Shown here: positions 1-12,352 of the stretch, piece after piece
How positions within the stretch are numbered: the first letter of the stretch is position 1
Layout of the letters: every line of letters begins with the position of its first letter
NCBI GenBank assembly: GCA_015680685.1
Contig: MNCI01000673.1
Span: 496,253-560,252 of the forward strand
Reading direction: 5' to 3'
Length of the DNA stretch: 64,000 nt
Source: Gnetum montanum
Taxonomy: Eukaryota; Plantae; Gnetophyta
The notes under the pieces: model-generated
Told to the model about the DNA's origin: nothing
What the model saw: only the letters and a program-made list of their open reading frames with translations
Databases searched by the model: none
Position numbers and translations under genes: made by a program

Positions 1-172
1 TTCAAATCTCACTAACAAAAGCTCTTTTTTACCTTCAAATGATTAATTCATAACCCTAATATCCCTATGCTACCTTAGGAAGCCAGAAAAATATAAATTT
101 TGACCATGGGATGAAAAAATCCATTTTTCTCAAGGAACCACACTAAGGCCATATTGGCTAGTGTAGTCCTAG

Positions 173-1669
173 TGAAACACCACTAGAAACACATGTTGTA
201 AGCTTCTTATTGGCCATGTAATCCCCATACAATTAAACCCAAGGCTAAGCTTCATTGTAAATGTGAAGATTGGAATCCAGATGGTGTAATCTCACATACT
301 TTATACTTTTAGGGCTAAAAAATGCCTCATAAGTAGTTAAACCCTCATCCCCTAAGTGAAAAAATCCATTTGATATTTATATTTGGGCTTGGGGGATTAA
401 AAATGACTTTTGGGATGCAAAAATTAACATTTTGATGGGTTTTATGAAGGGTATAACATTTTCCATGCTAGAGATACTTGTTGGGGGGGGGCGGGAGGGG
501 GGAAAGCAGAGGGGGTGACCTGCTTACCCTCAGTGTTTAGGGTTAAAACACCAACCATGATCACAATGGGGAGGTATAACCCTTACCCCAACTTTGCCAT
601 TGCATCCTCCCAACTTTGACATTGCATTCCCCCAATGCAAATGTAGCATGGTCCAAGATTCTAGCATTGCACCAACTCCAACAAAGATCCTATATATGAA
701 TGTTGTTCTTGGAAGGTTGAATGTGGGTGGAAGAAGCCAAAAAGGGTGAAATTTCCATTTATTATTTTTAGTAAATGGAATGGCTTTGATGCTATGGGGG
801 TATAACACTTATCATCCATAGTAACACTAGATTTTAACACCCAACACACCTACATGTAGCTATAATTTTGTATAATTTGTAGCTAAATTTATGGCCAAAT
901 TTGCAACGATTAACTAGAATTTGCAACACTTATAAAACATAATTTGTAGCCAAATTTATAACCCAAACCCTATAAAACCCAAGCACCAAGACCATGAAAG
1001 GGTTACAAACTTATATATTTTCAAACATTTTGTTACATTTGAGAGCTTTGAGCACACAAAGAGCTTCTTAAATCCCCACCATGTAACCCATAGCCATTGT
1101 TATTCCTATTATTCCCCTTTGAGATCAATGAGATTATGGTATTAATGATGAGCTCCTAGGAACCCAAACTCCTAATGTTTCTCACTTTTTGATCCAAATC
1201 CCTCACACCTCCTATCCCTCCTACATCAACAATATAGTAGATCTAGTGCAACAAAAACCAAGGTTTGAAAGCATTGGGAGTGGTAGAACCTCTAGATCAT
1301 AGAGTTGATTGTAGTAGTTTCAACGAATTCTAAACCCCCACCCAAGTGAACTCTCCTAATCTCTTCTTAAGTGAAATTTTATACATATTTTTGGACTTTT
1401 CCTTTACTTTTGAATAAACCTTACAATTCCATTTGTGTGCAATTTATATTTATTTTTTCTTATTCTTGGTCCATTTATTATCAGATATACATTTTATATT
1501 TTCATCTTTGTTATTCCATTTTGACCTCTTTAAGTTCCTGGGTGATCTACCAAACTATCCAAGGCACCTCAAATCCTACTTTTTGCCAAGGCCCTTGGGA
1601 TCTTGGCTTAAAGCTATTATGCTAGAAATTTCCTGGTTTCTCCAACAACTGAGATTTTTACTCGTTATA
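173..1669 (+). repeat. 5' LTR of element A
   Basis: TGAAACACC start; ends ...CTCGTTATA (CA to TA), matching B's LTR end ATCGTTACA; clearly similar to the LTR at 4619 over the first ~300 bp. Confidence 0.8.
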
Positions 1670-1675
1670 GTTTTC

Positions 1676-1692
1676 TAGCACTAGAAAGAGTA
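1676..1692 (+). promoter_or_regulatory. Primer binding site (degenerate, tRNA-Asn GUU)
   Basis: TAGCACTAGAAAGAGTA versus consensus TGGCGCTAGAAGGAGGG, 6 nt after the LTR end. Confidence 0.7.
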
Positions 1693-1850
1693 CCTTCACT
1701 CAAATTCTACATCTAAACATGTTTCTTGTGCATCAACATTAGTTGTAACTACAAAATTTTGAAGTCTAAAAAATATTTTATGCACATTTTGTTAACCCCA
1801 CTTTTGGCTACCACAACCAACACTATAATTCATCCACCACTACCACAATA

Positions 1851-4618
1851 ATGTCTTTCAAAAAGTAGACTATCCTCTTCATTGAATTCACTAACAATGG
1901 ATCCAACTAGTAAGCTATGAAGATATGTGACCCCAAATACCATGCTATGATTGAGTGTAGGTAATCCTTGAGGCTTAGGGGGTGAAGCCCTGAGTTCTCA
2001 ATTATACATGAAGACCATTATAACTTCATTTGTGCTAAGATTTAGGTTGGTATGGTGATTCCTTGCATGGAAGCAAAGGCTAAGTGGGATTTTGAACTTA
2101 TACGATGCAATGGGAAGGAATATATTCCTTCCACATATGACCAAATACCCCTCAATAAAACTTATGCACACATCTTATCTCAGTTAATTAAGATGGATGA
2201 ATTAAATGAGAAGGTTAGCTTGGATGAGCATCAATAGGAGGATGAGTTTATGGTAGAATCCAAACATGAAAACATCTTGGATGCACTTTTCTAATAAGCA
2301 ATCCCCAAGGCACCAAAGCCTACCTCCACTTCTCTTGTATCCTCCATGGAATAGATTCCACCATCCTCTACCCCTTCTTACTTGACCATGTTCAAGCCAA
2401 CACTAGTCATAGTCACACACCAAACACAATTGGTGTTGCATTCCATCATTCTCCATTTCTCCATGCCATTCACCACCCATCCTTGAATAGTATGACCTTT
2501 GTTAGTGGTTTTTACCACCATCAACTCGTAGATCACCTAGATGGAACCCACTATGGGACCCCAAGTAATCTAAGGGTTGCATACCCCTATCATCCCATTT
2601 GTGTCCTAGATACTAGCACAAACTTCATTTTCTTTGTTTTTCCCATCCACTACCATGATGATGCAACCCTTCCCTTTAGTGCTACAACTAATAGTGAAAA
2701 CATAGACCTTTCAATAAATACTATAGACTTTTTTAGAAACACCATAATTGACAAGGGCATCCCAGGACCTAAATCAAGCCTTTCAAATGATTCGAAACTT
2801 GACTAAGTAATTGAATGGTCTTAAGACCTTTAAATATCAAGCTGTTAAGATCACAGAATTTTACCAAGATGATCCCATTAGTCTTATAATCCCATATTTA
2901 ATGCTTCCTCTAGGTGTTACAATTTCTTAGATCATAAACTACAATGACAAAGGTAATTGTAACACTCACCTAATAATCTTCTACTTAGAGTACTTGTTGT
3001 TAGAAGCTTCACTACAGACTATCATGATAACATTCCCTATGTTCCTTCTGGGGAAAGCACTTGACTGATACCATGTCCTACCAAGAGGATCTATATTCTG
3101 TCTTAAAGACATGATCACACAATTCATTAACCATTTCAAATAGAACTTGAAGCTCAACACCATCCTTGACTAACTAATGAAGGTCAAGTAGTGACCTCTT
3201 GAACTAACATAGAAGTTCATCTAATGATGGAATAGTCTACTTAACAAGATACTTGAATCTATATATGAGACCCACATTTTGGCTATATTCAAGGGGATGA
3301 TTAAAAATTTCATTAAGTCCAAGCTATACTACCTTGACTTGTAGTCACTCACTCAAGCATTCTCCCAGACTAAGAACATAGAGGATGCTATGGAAGCTAG
3401 TCACAACCCTACCTACGTGGCATACAAGAACCAAAACATGCAAAGGGATAAAGATAGGGATAAGAAAAACAACATGGCTATATCAACGATGGCTAAGGAA
3501 ACCAAGATAACTAACAAGGGGCCAAGAACTAATTAACCTAGGACCCCTACTAATAACCATGAAAATCAACCTTCAACATTTAGGGCCATAGCATTACTAC
3601 CTCTAGGCCCAACTTCAAGTAGAAAGAAAAGACTAAATACACTAAGCTACCTTTAAAGTCATCTAAGGTCTTAGACCAATTTTTGAAGAGTAAGAGAATC
3701 TAATACAAGTAGATGACTAAAACTGTTCATAAAAAACATGAAATGCTATGCGAGATAGCCAAGGATCCCACTCAAATGACAAAACATCACCCTTAGGTAC
3801 CTAAGTATTTCAAAATTAATCACCTTTACCACTATCATCAATTGTGTAGTCATGACACAAACTTCTACCTTCTATTGAAGGATGACCTACAAAATATGAT
3901 AGATATAGGTGAGTTTATTCTAGATGCTTCTAATCCTATCTAACCTTAGAACAAGTCAGTTCATATGTATAAGAACCCATTGATGCCTCTTAAACAAAAA
4001 AACACAACTTTGAGCTTGTATGACTTGATCATGACTTTTGCTACACATCTTGAAGCACTAGTCAAGATGTTGACTTCTATTACCATTAGTGATGACATTT
4101 TTGCTAATGAAGAATCCATCCATGTAGCGATAGTGCCTTCTTCATCCAAAAAGATAAAGCTAATATCATTGGTATTTCATGATAGCAAAACAAAAATAAG
4201 TCCCCAAATTGGCAAAGTAACTGAGGCCCTTCCTTTTATTACAATTTGAGTGGGGCAATACAAGATTCATCGGGTGCATGTAGATGATGGAGCTATGACA
4301 AATGTCATTCCATGCACTATAGTTAAATGTATAGAATTAACTAAAAAAATACAACACTTAATGATGTTAGCTCTCAAATCCTTTAATGAATCACATGTTT
4401 TTGTTAAGGGGTCCATCACCTTAGACTCTGTGGTGAGGAAGAAATTCCCCACAACCATTGATTTCTTGGTCGTAGACAAAACACCAAGATTTAATCTTAT
4501 CCTAGGAAGGTCTTAGTTGGCTAAACTATAAGCTGTATCCTCACCTATCTACCAAGAAATTCACCTTCCTTACAAGGAAGGTGATATCATGATTCATGAT
4601 GACAATGTGGTTCCCCTA
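1851..4618 (+). pseudogene. gag: gag-protease remnant of element A (many stops and frameshifts, internal deletion at ~3985)
   Basis: Fragments EDHYNFICAK..KEYIPS, retrotrans-gag core (~2930-3330), YHQLCSHDT Zn-knuckle-like motif, protease RVHVDDGAMTNVIP...FNLILGR (ORF 4250-4516). Confidence 0.85.
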
Positions 4619-6192
4619 TGAAACACCAGAAAATTTTGCATGTTATAACCAATCTTCATCACATAGGTTTCACTCCATGAAACCTAAAGCAAATTTTCAT
4701 TGTAAATGTGAAAATTATAATCCACAATGGGAAATTTCACATGCTTTATACTTTTGGGACTAAAACATGCTTTATAAGAGGTCAAAGCCTCATTCCCTAA
4801 GTGAAAAATGTCATCTAGTATCTATATTTAGGCTTGGGAGGGTCAAAAATGCCTTTTGGAATGCCAAAATGGTAATTTAATGGGTTTTAAGTGGGGTATA
4901 AATTTTTCTACACTAGAAACACTTGCAAGGAAGTAGATCTCACCAATCTCTAGCATGGATGGATCAGGGATTTGGAGACTTTCACCTATTCAATGTGGAG
5001 ACCAAATGAACAACTTGAAAACTTTTTCCCAACCTAGACACTTTTCCCCTCTTAGCTTGAAAAGTTTCTCCCCAACATGGAACTTTCCCCTAGCATGGAA
5101 ACATTTTCTTTAGCTTAGAAAACTTTCTCACAAAATGGAAAATTCAATTCCCCAAGTCACAAGAAGCAAAATTCATCAATTTATGCACTTCAATGTTGAC
5201 TAGCCACTTCAACAAGTGAGGTGGATAGCTTAGCATGGAAAGTTCAGCTCCAACGTGGAAGGTGTGCCCCAGATACTATTTATAGTAAATAGAATAAGAA
5301 TGGGGAAGAATTTACTATGTATAGTAAACCCCCTCCCTTGCCACCCTTCCCCCCCATCCCCTCCCACCCCCCACCAAAAAAAAATTTGGGCACCCATCTC
5401 ACTTAAATTTGTAATCATATTTTAGTCAAATTTGCAACTATTTCATAGCCAATTTGCAGTCAAATCATAGCCAATTTGTAGCTGCCTCATTTATGACTTA
5501 AAAAACCTATAGAAGCCAACCTCAAATACTATTTACAAGGTTAACAATTTTTGATAAACTTCTTGCAATTTTTCTCATGGTTCAGCAACTTTTAGGCATT
5601 TTCAAGCAATTTGCATACACAAAATTCCACACCTGGGGAATTTTCAAGCACTCAAGAGCTCTTACAAATTTGCATACTCTCATTCTCTTGAATCCTAGCA
5701 TGGAGCAACTTGTCATTCAAATTTTCCACCTTCCTTGTCCCTCACTGCCTAGTAGTAACCCAATTGGTAGATCCAAGGTTCTAGTAGTGAAGGAAGGTTC
5801 AATACCATCAATAGTGACTTAGCACTCAGATGATGGAGTAGATCACATCAGCTTCAATGGGCTTTGACCTCCTGCACAAGTGAACCACCCATTTTTTTCT
5901 CATCCAAGCACCATTTGTACACATTTCTTTAACTTATTTTTTATTATTTTCTTAATAAAGTTTTAAGTTTTGAGTTTTGTGTTCAAAAGTAGATTCATTT
6001 TTTATGCATTATTTGGATTGGTTTATAATCCAATGTTTTGCATCTCATAAGCCCTTGGTTGATCTGCTAGACTAGCTAGGGCACCTTAAATCCCCTTTTT
6101 TTATATATCATGAAGGCCCTAGGAATTTAGATTTCAGGAACTACTTGCACTGAGGATCCTTGATTTTCATTCCAATGATTGAGGATTTCAGT
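4619..6192 (+). repeat. 5' LTR of element C (main part; last 7 bp at 23927-23933 displaced by insertion of B)
   Basis: TGAAACACC start and homology to LTR A. Removing B joins ...TTTCAGT to CACAACA, which is followed by a PBS at 23942. Confidence 0.85.
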
Positions 6193-7579
6193 TGAAACAC
6201 CGTGAAAATTTCAAGGCCTCGGCAGTTCAGTAAAAAGCTGGTGATTCAGGAAAAGGGTCACAACAAGGCGCGACATAGCAAGTTCCTTTTCAGATTAAAA
6301 GCCTGTCCTGCCACACTACGTGGTACAGCACAAATGAATTCCAAAAGATAGAGCAAAATGACGAGTGCACAGCGACAAGTTTTTGACCTTTCAAATTTTC
6401 TATGTTCTGAGAACCTTACCTTTTGGCATCTTACGCTGCATTATGTAACACGATGTAATGCAACAGAATGTCAGAAAGAAATCCGCCACAACATCAAGGA
6501 TGGCAAAGTCCCCAAAAAATAAAAAAAACTTCAGCAACACTTCGATGTTTTTTGTAAGTGCATTGTTTTACGCTGAATTACGCTATGAAGCGTAATTTAG
6601 CATGGTGCAGCATAATCTAGTATGGTGTAGCGTAATACGGGCATAGACAGAAATGACATAATATAAGCATCAGCAATCCATGCGGTGCAATACACTCTCC
6701 ACTATATTGTAGTGTAATCAAGAAATCGTCTATCGCTGAAGCTCCAACAAGAGCAGTTTACACCCTGTTACGCTTTAGAGCGTAAGGCCGTGTGGCACCG
6801 TAGACCTCAACAACCACCACATCAAGTCAACGGTAGTTTGCAAATTTAGGACATGCATCATCTAAACCATGTCTTTCTCTTGACTTTAACCTTATAAATG
6901 CTCCAGCTGATAAGGATCAAAGAGGGCAAAAAATTTCTCCTAAGATTGAATGAATTTTCTCTGTGATCGATTTTTTCCCTTTCATTGATAATCATTGATA
7001 GCCTTTGACAAGAGAAAAAAAAGGATCAGTAATCGCAAGAAGATCGAAGGTGATTGGCAAGAATCTCTAGTCAGGAATAGCAGGTTGATAGACATTCTGC
7101 TTCAGACCAGCTCCCTTGTACACTGCTAGAACGACGTAGATTGACCTTTGCTAGCTTCATCTTTGAACAATTTTCTAGTTATTGGCACATGCTTCGCCCA
7201 GATCAAAGTATGCTTGTAATAGTTATATTCAATATACTTTGTTTGGTGAATCCCAAATCTCAAGATTTTCCACGTCCTAAATCTGATCTCTTGTGCCTCA
7301 TCTACACGAATCTTGCAAATCTTCATAAATCTATTTCATCACTTTCAATTACCCACTAAGTTAACAATATCATATCTTCCTGTAAAGATCCATCATTTTA
7401 TTATCCAAATATCATAAAATTCTTTTTGTTACTGACCAAGTAAGTCCCTGTCTAATCGACAAGACTATACGCAGGATTCGTTTTCTCTCTAGCACGGCCC
7501 TCGCACAGATCTAGGATTAAAACTATGTACGCAGACTTTCGTTCAGTATTTCCACCGATTGACTTTTTCCATCGTTACA
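6193..7579 (+). repeat. 5' LTR of element B
   Basis: Colinear with 22530-23921, roughly 90% identical by eye and mostly transitions; TATA-like TATAAAT at ~6893. Confidence 0.95.
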
Positions 7580-7585
7580 GTTTTC

Positions 7586-7602
7586 TAGCGCTAGAAGGAG
7601 GG
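7586..7602 (+). promoter_or_regulatory. Primer binding site, tRNA-Asn(GUU)
   Basis: TAGCGCTAGAAGGAGGG is a 16/17 complement of the plant tRNA-Asn 3' end ...CCCTCCTTCTAGCGCCA (tRNA sequence recalled, not searched). Confidence 0.85.
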
Positions 7603-7889
7603 CCTTCATATCCGATCCGCATTTTATGGGTAGTCTTGTAAGCTTTCTGTACCCATTTTCAATCAACGTAAATGTAATACCTCCAAGGTTGTTTATGAAA
7701 TTGTGTGGTGTAGATCAGTCGCTTCGACGATTCCTTTGGAATCCTACAAGATAGAAAGCCCCGATTATTATCTCATTTCACCTTTGTCCTTCTGATCTCT
7801 ACTTTTATCGTAATTATTTCTGAATTGCATGGAAAATGGTTACATCAACCATAGCTGTTGACACTACCAACCTAGAAAACCCTTGAACC

Positions 7890-10800
7890 ATGCAAGTTGC
7901 ACTTTCAGTGGTCAAGCCACCAACTAGTCCGATGCAATCCCATCACTTCCTCAGGCTTCAAAATAAAGAGCTTGAGGGACATGCTTGACATAAGGAACAC
8001 TACAATTTCCTCTGTGTTAAGCTAGTAGCAAGCTTTCCCTTGTATCCACAAGAGCTCGAGCAAAAACGAGAGTACGAGTTCATGTATTACAATGAGAAGG
8101 AATTTATTCCTTCACCGAATGCCACTGTGCCCCTGACAGATCAAAAAAAGTGGATCCTAGATCAAATGTTGATGGCAAAGACATTGCCAGAATAACTAGA
8201 GGTCTTGTTTCATGATGAAATGCTTCACGATGGGCAAGACGATCTAGAATCTCACTCTGAAGGAGGCAGTCATGCTGATTTCACCATGGCCCCTCCCTCC
8301 ATGACATCCTGCGTAAATCCATTGTTCATGGTTACCACGCCTTTGACATTATCCAATACCAATCGAGTCCTGCATTCGCTGCGTTTACATTTTCTCTCTT
8401 TGACTATACTTCTGGGTGAAGGTCCCTCATAGATCATTCCCTAGCAGGCACAATTACCTAATCCACCCCATCGTATGCTTGCGCTTGTGTCACCACATGT
8501 ACATGTGATACCTATGTCCCAATTACCTACAACACCAACTTTGCTCCCAACTCACATGACAAACTCTACCACCACAGCATGGTGGACTCCCAATATGTCT
8601 CTTGTTGCCCATCTTCTGTAAATGCACCACCATCAAAGTCAAGTCCGACAAATGCTAAACCTAGCTACGGGATCACTGCTCATGCCCCCGGCTACACAAA
8701 CAGCATACCCAATAGTGTAGCCTATAGCAGTCACTCCATCTACACCAACCACCGGATGGTGGATTCCACAAGCAACACTACCTACAGGGACTGTCCCGAT
8801 GGCACCAACCATCGGCCAAGCCACTACCTTTGTTCCGCCACCTGGTGTGGCTCCACCCGCCGTTCCACAGATGACCTCATCATCTACGAGTTTGGATCAA
8901 CACTTCTAGCTTAATCAGACCCTTAGAGAGGATGTCAAGTGTCTCAAGGCTGCTGGTTCTGACATGGTGCAAGTCATGGATTTTTACCATGACGATCCTA
9001 TTAATCCAGCAGTCCCTGTCCTATCACTACCACTGGGGATGCCCCTTTCCCATTTCATAAAATACAATGGGGAAGGTGATCCCAACACCCACCTGGTCAC
9101 TTTCAGGTTAGAATCCTTATTATTGTAACAATGGCCATATACTATAATCTGTGTTTTTGCTATGTCCTTAATGGGTAAAGCTCTAGATTGGTATCAAGCC
9201 CTCCCATGTGCCTCCATTTCAACTTTGGAGGAGCTATTAACTTGGTTTGTAACCTGTTTTAAGTATAACTTAAAGCTGGAAGTCACACTAGACCAACTCA
9301 TGGGAGTTAAGGAAGACCCACTCGAGCCAGTTCAAAGGTTCATACAGTGGTGGAGCACCACCTTGAATGAAATCCCCAAACCCATCGCAGAAGCCCATCT
9401 ACTGGCAATCTTCAAGGGAGTAGTTAATGACTTTATCAAGTCTAAACTATATTACCTCATGCCCTACTCCCTCATCCAAGCCTTTGCTCAGACTACGAGT
9501 ATTCAAGATGTGGCAGAGGCTAGTAAAGACCCAGCGTATGTGGTCTATAAGAATGCTCACAGAAAAGGCAAGGACAAAGGCAAAGCCACGACAACTACAG
9601 TTGCAACGGTTGCTGAAGGGGCCAAGAAGAAGAACAATAACAAGAAAATGCTCGTAGAGCCTGTTGAACCAACAACTAGCTCAAATTACATTAATCAAGA
9701 AACTCCTTCTGCCCCTGAAGCACCTCTATAGCTGAGGCCTAAATTTGAATGTAAGGATCATTCAAACTATGTGACCTTACCCGTAAAGGCTTCTGACCTC
9801 CTCAAAAAATTACTGGGAATGGGACATATTCAACATAAGACGGTGTCCAAGGAGGCTCTGAAATGCCATAGACACCATTGTGAGCTACTCAAGAATCCTT
9901 CTTTTTCCCAACCTAATGAACCACTAGTGCCCAAAAACTTTAAGTTGGACCGGGTCTACGACTACCACCAATTGTGTGGCCATGACACAGACTATTGCTA
10001 AGTATTGAAGGATGACATTTAGTTTCTGATAGATCAAGGTGACTTGATCTTAGATAGCAGTAGCCTGACACATCTGGAAAACTAGGCCATGCATGTGTAC
10101 CAAGACCCGTTGAATGGAAATAACGTAGGGTACACAATCAACGTGGTAGGGGCAGAGGGCGATAATCAGGCGTAGCCAAAACGGCCTTTTATGTTGCAAA
10201 CGCATCCTCACTCACCCCAAACAACAGGTCCATTAGCACCGACGACTGGTGCTCCAAGGCAACCTTTCATCCTTTGAACTCCATTTTAGAATGCTTCCCG
10301 ATAGCCCCCTTTCATTAAAGCTGCAGCCCAACCTACACCCACATCCAGGGCACCCTTAGTCATCAGGGTGCCAAAATCATCAACTATACCACCTGTGCAA
10401 GGAAAATCTTTTAAATCAACCTCTCGTACTATTAATACGGCCAAGGACCCTCTTACTCTGGGGTTTCCCAAATCTCAACCCCTCGCTTTTGTACCCTTGG
10501 CCCCACTTACTAAAAATGACAAGGTCACACAAACACAACTATCTCCTCCTGGCCAAAGGAAACGCAACCCTTGGCCAAATGTCACTCCTCCCCATGAAAT
10601 TCTCCTCTTAGGGCGAATGGAGGAGGAAAAGGGTGACAAACAACCCGATCGTGGGCTGGATGTCTTCGATGTCGTGGCACAAGTCAAACAGGCTTTGAAA
10701 AAAAATACAACATTGAGCCTTTATGACTTGCTCATGATGTTACAGACACATTGTGAGGCTATGGTTTGCATGCTAATGTCTATACCTGTGGACGAGAGCC

Positions 10801-11546
10801 TATTAGTGGATGAAGAAGCAATCCATTCTATCATGCTTCCCCCCACCACTAAAAAAATTGATCCTACCCCATTGACCTTTCACAATGAATCCATTAAGGA
10901 CAATTCTAAAGGTTAGGTGACAACGGTGCCTATGTTCATCACCATCCAAGTTGGCCAACACTGAATACAGAGGGTACATCTAGATGATGGGGTGGCCACT
11001 AATGTCATCCCTTACCCCATAGTGGATAAATTAGGCCTAATCGATTCGATCAGTCCTACAATGACATCATGCCTAAAGTCATTCAACGGAGCACGAGTGC
11101 AGGTCAAAGGGACAGTCCACATCAATTTTGTGGTAGGGGACCAATTCCCCACAGATGCTACATTTATCATCATTGAGGAGATGCCTAGATTCAATTTGAT
11201 CCTTGGGAGGTATTGGTTAGCCCAACTGACGGCAGTTTCATCACCCATCCATGAGGAAGTCCATTTGCCTTACGCAGGAGGAGCAGTGGTTATCCGCAGT
11301 GATGAAATAACCCCCCAGGCTATTAATAACATAGAAACAAAACAAGGGTTAGAAATCGAAACGCCTGAGAATCAATCCCCTATCCAAGTACCTGAGCAAG
11401 CTGAAATAGTGGCTGATGATAGCCTAACTTGGGCTAAGCTACCGTTCCAAGGACAAGATGGTGACATGAAGAAAAAGGACCATAAATCTCCCCGTCCTTA
11501 TGCACCATTAAAGATCAAAGAAATTAAGAAACGGTTGCAAAGTTAG
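7890..11546 (+). pseudogene. gag: gag-protease polyprotein of element B (disrupted), ending in its own stop codon
   Basis: KYNGEGDPNTHL...SLMGKALDWY retrotrans-gag core, YHQLCGHDTDYC knuckle, protease RVHLDDGVATNVIP...FNLILGRYWL; TAG at 11544-11546, at the homologous position in C, E and F. Confidence 0.92.
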
Positions 11547-11719
11547 CTGGTAAACAATGTTGTCCAACTATTATAGTTCCATCATCTATTCTATTCATGT
11601 TTACTAGTTATAATTTATGCATGTATTTACACTTTCCACTAGCTAGTCTCATTATGCCTATGTTTATCTTCATGTTTATGTTTATGTTTCCACTAGTTAT
11701 CTTCCTTACTCCTCTAACT

Positions 11720-12145
11720 CAAAAGGCTTGAAATGGCCTTAAACTAGCAATTTCATTTACGCTTTGTATCTGAATCTCATTTATGCTTGGAACCCAAATT
11801 TCATTTACGCTTTATACCTGGATTTAATTCACGCTTTGTACCTTAAACTATCTAGGGCCTAAAATGGCATAAAACTAATTACAACCTGCCATAGCTTAAA
11901 AATGGCAACTTGATGTTTATTTCATTCCTTCACTCATATAGCAAGGGCCCGAAATGGCCTTAAACTATCCATGGCCCGAAATGGCCTTCAACTATCTATG
12001 GCTCACAATAGCTTTAAACTATATCTACTTCAATCACACCTTACACCTGCACTACTCAAAAGCCTGAAAGGCTGTAAACTAACAATTTCATTTATGCTTT
12101 ACATTTGAACAATTTAGTAGCCCGCAATGGCTTCAAACTAGTAAC
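11720..12145 (+). repeat. Array of AAATGGCCTTAAACTA motif copies downstream of gag-PR
   Basis: About 8 degenerate copies, e.g. at 11731, 11862, 11952, 11978, 12126; equivalent arrays follow gag in C, E and F. Confidence 0.8.
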
Positions 12146-12352
12146 TGCATTAACACCACTCTCAAAACTAATTATGATTTACCATAACGTCAAAACCTAC
12201 GATCCTACTTGCGCTTTACATAAAAAGAAAAAAAAACAAAGAAGTCCATCAAAATTAACACCAAAATTTGTATCAAATATGTTAAGAGAAAAGAAAAACA
12301 TTGTCTTTTGTTTTGTTACACCAAAATAAAACCCGAGGCTAATTTAGCCACA

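Larger units (their letters stand above)
173..4618 (+). mobile_element. Element A: Tat-type Ty3/Gypsy LTR retrotransposon, 3'-truncated (5' LTR, PBS, gag-PR), interrupted by element C at 4619
   Basis: Starts TGAAACACC like the other LTRs here; followed by a degenerate tRNA-Asn PBS and gag-PR remnants homologous to C; the protease C-terminus runs directly into a new LTR start. Confidence 0.85.

Noticed and set aside
173-6192. LTRs at 173 and 4619 as the two LTRs of one short element
   Set aside because: No PPT before 4619 (protease codons run straight into TG), the second LTR is followed by its own PBS and gag, and the two LTRs are much more diverged than the B or F pairs.
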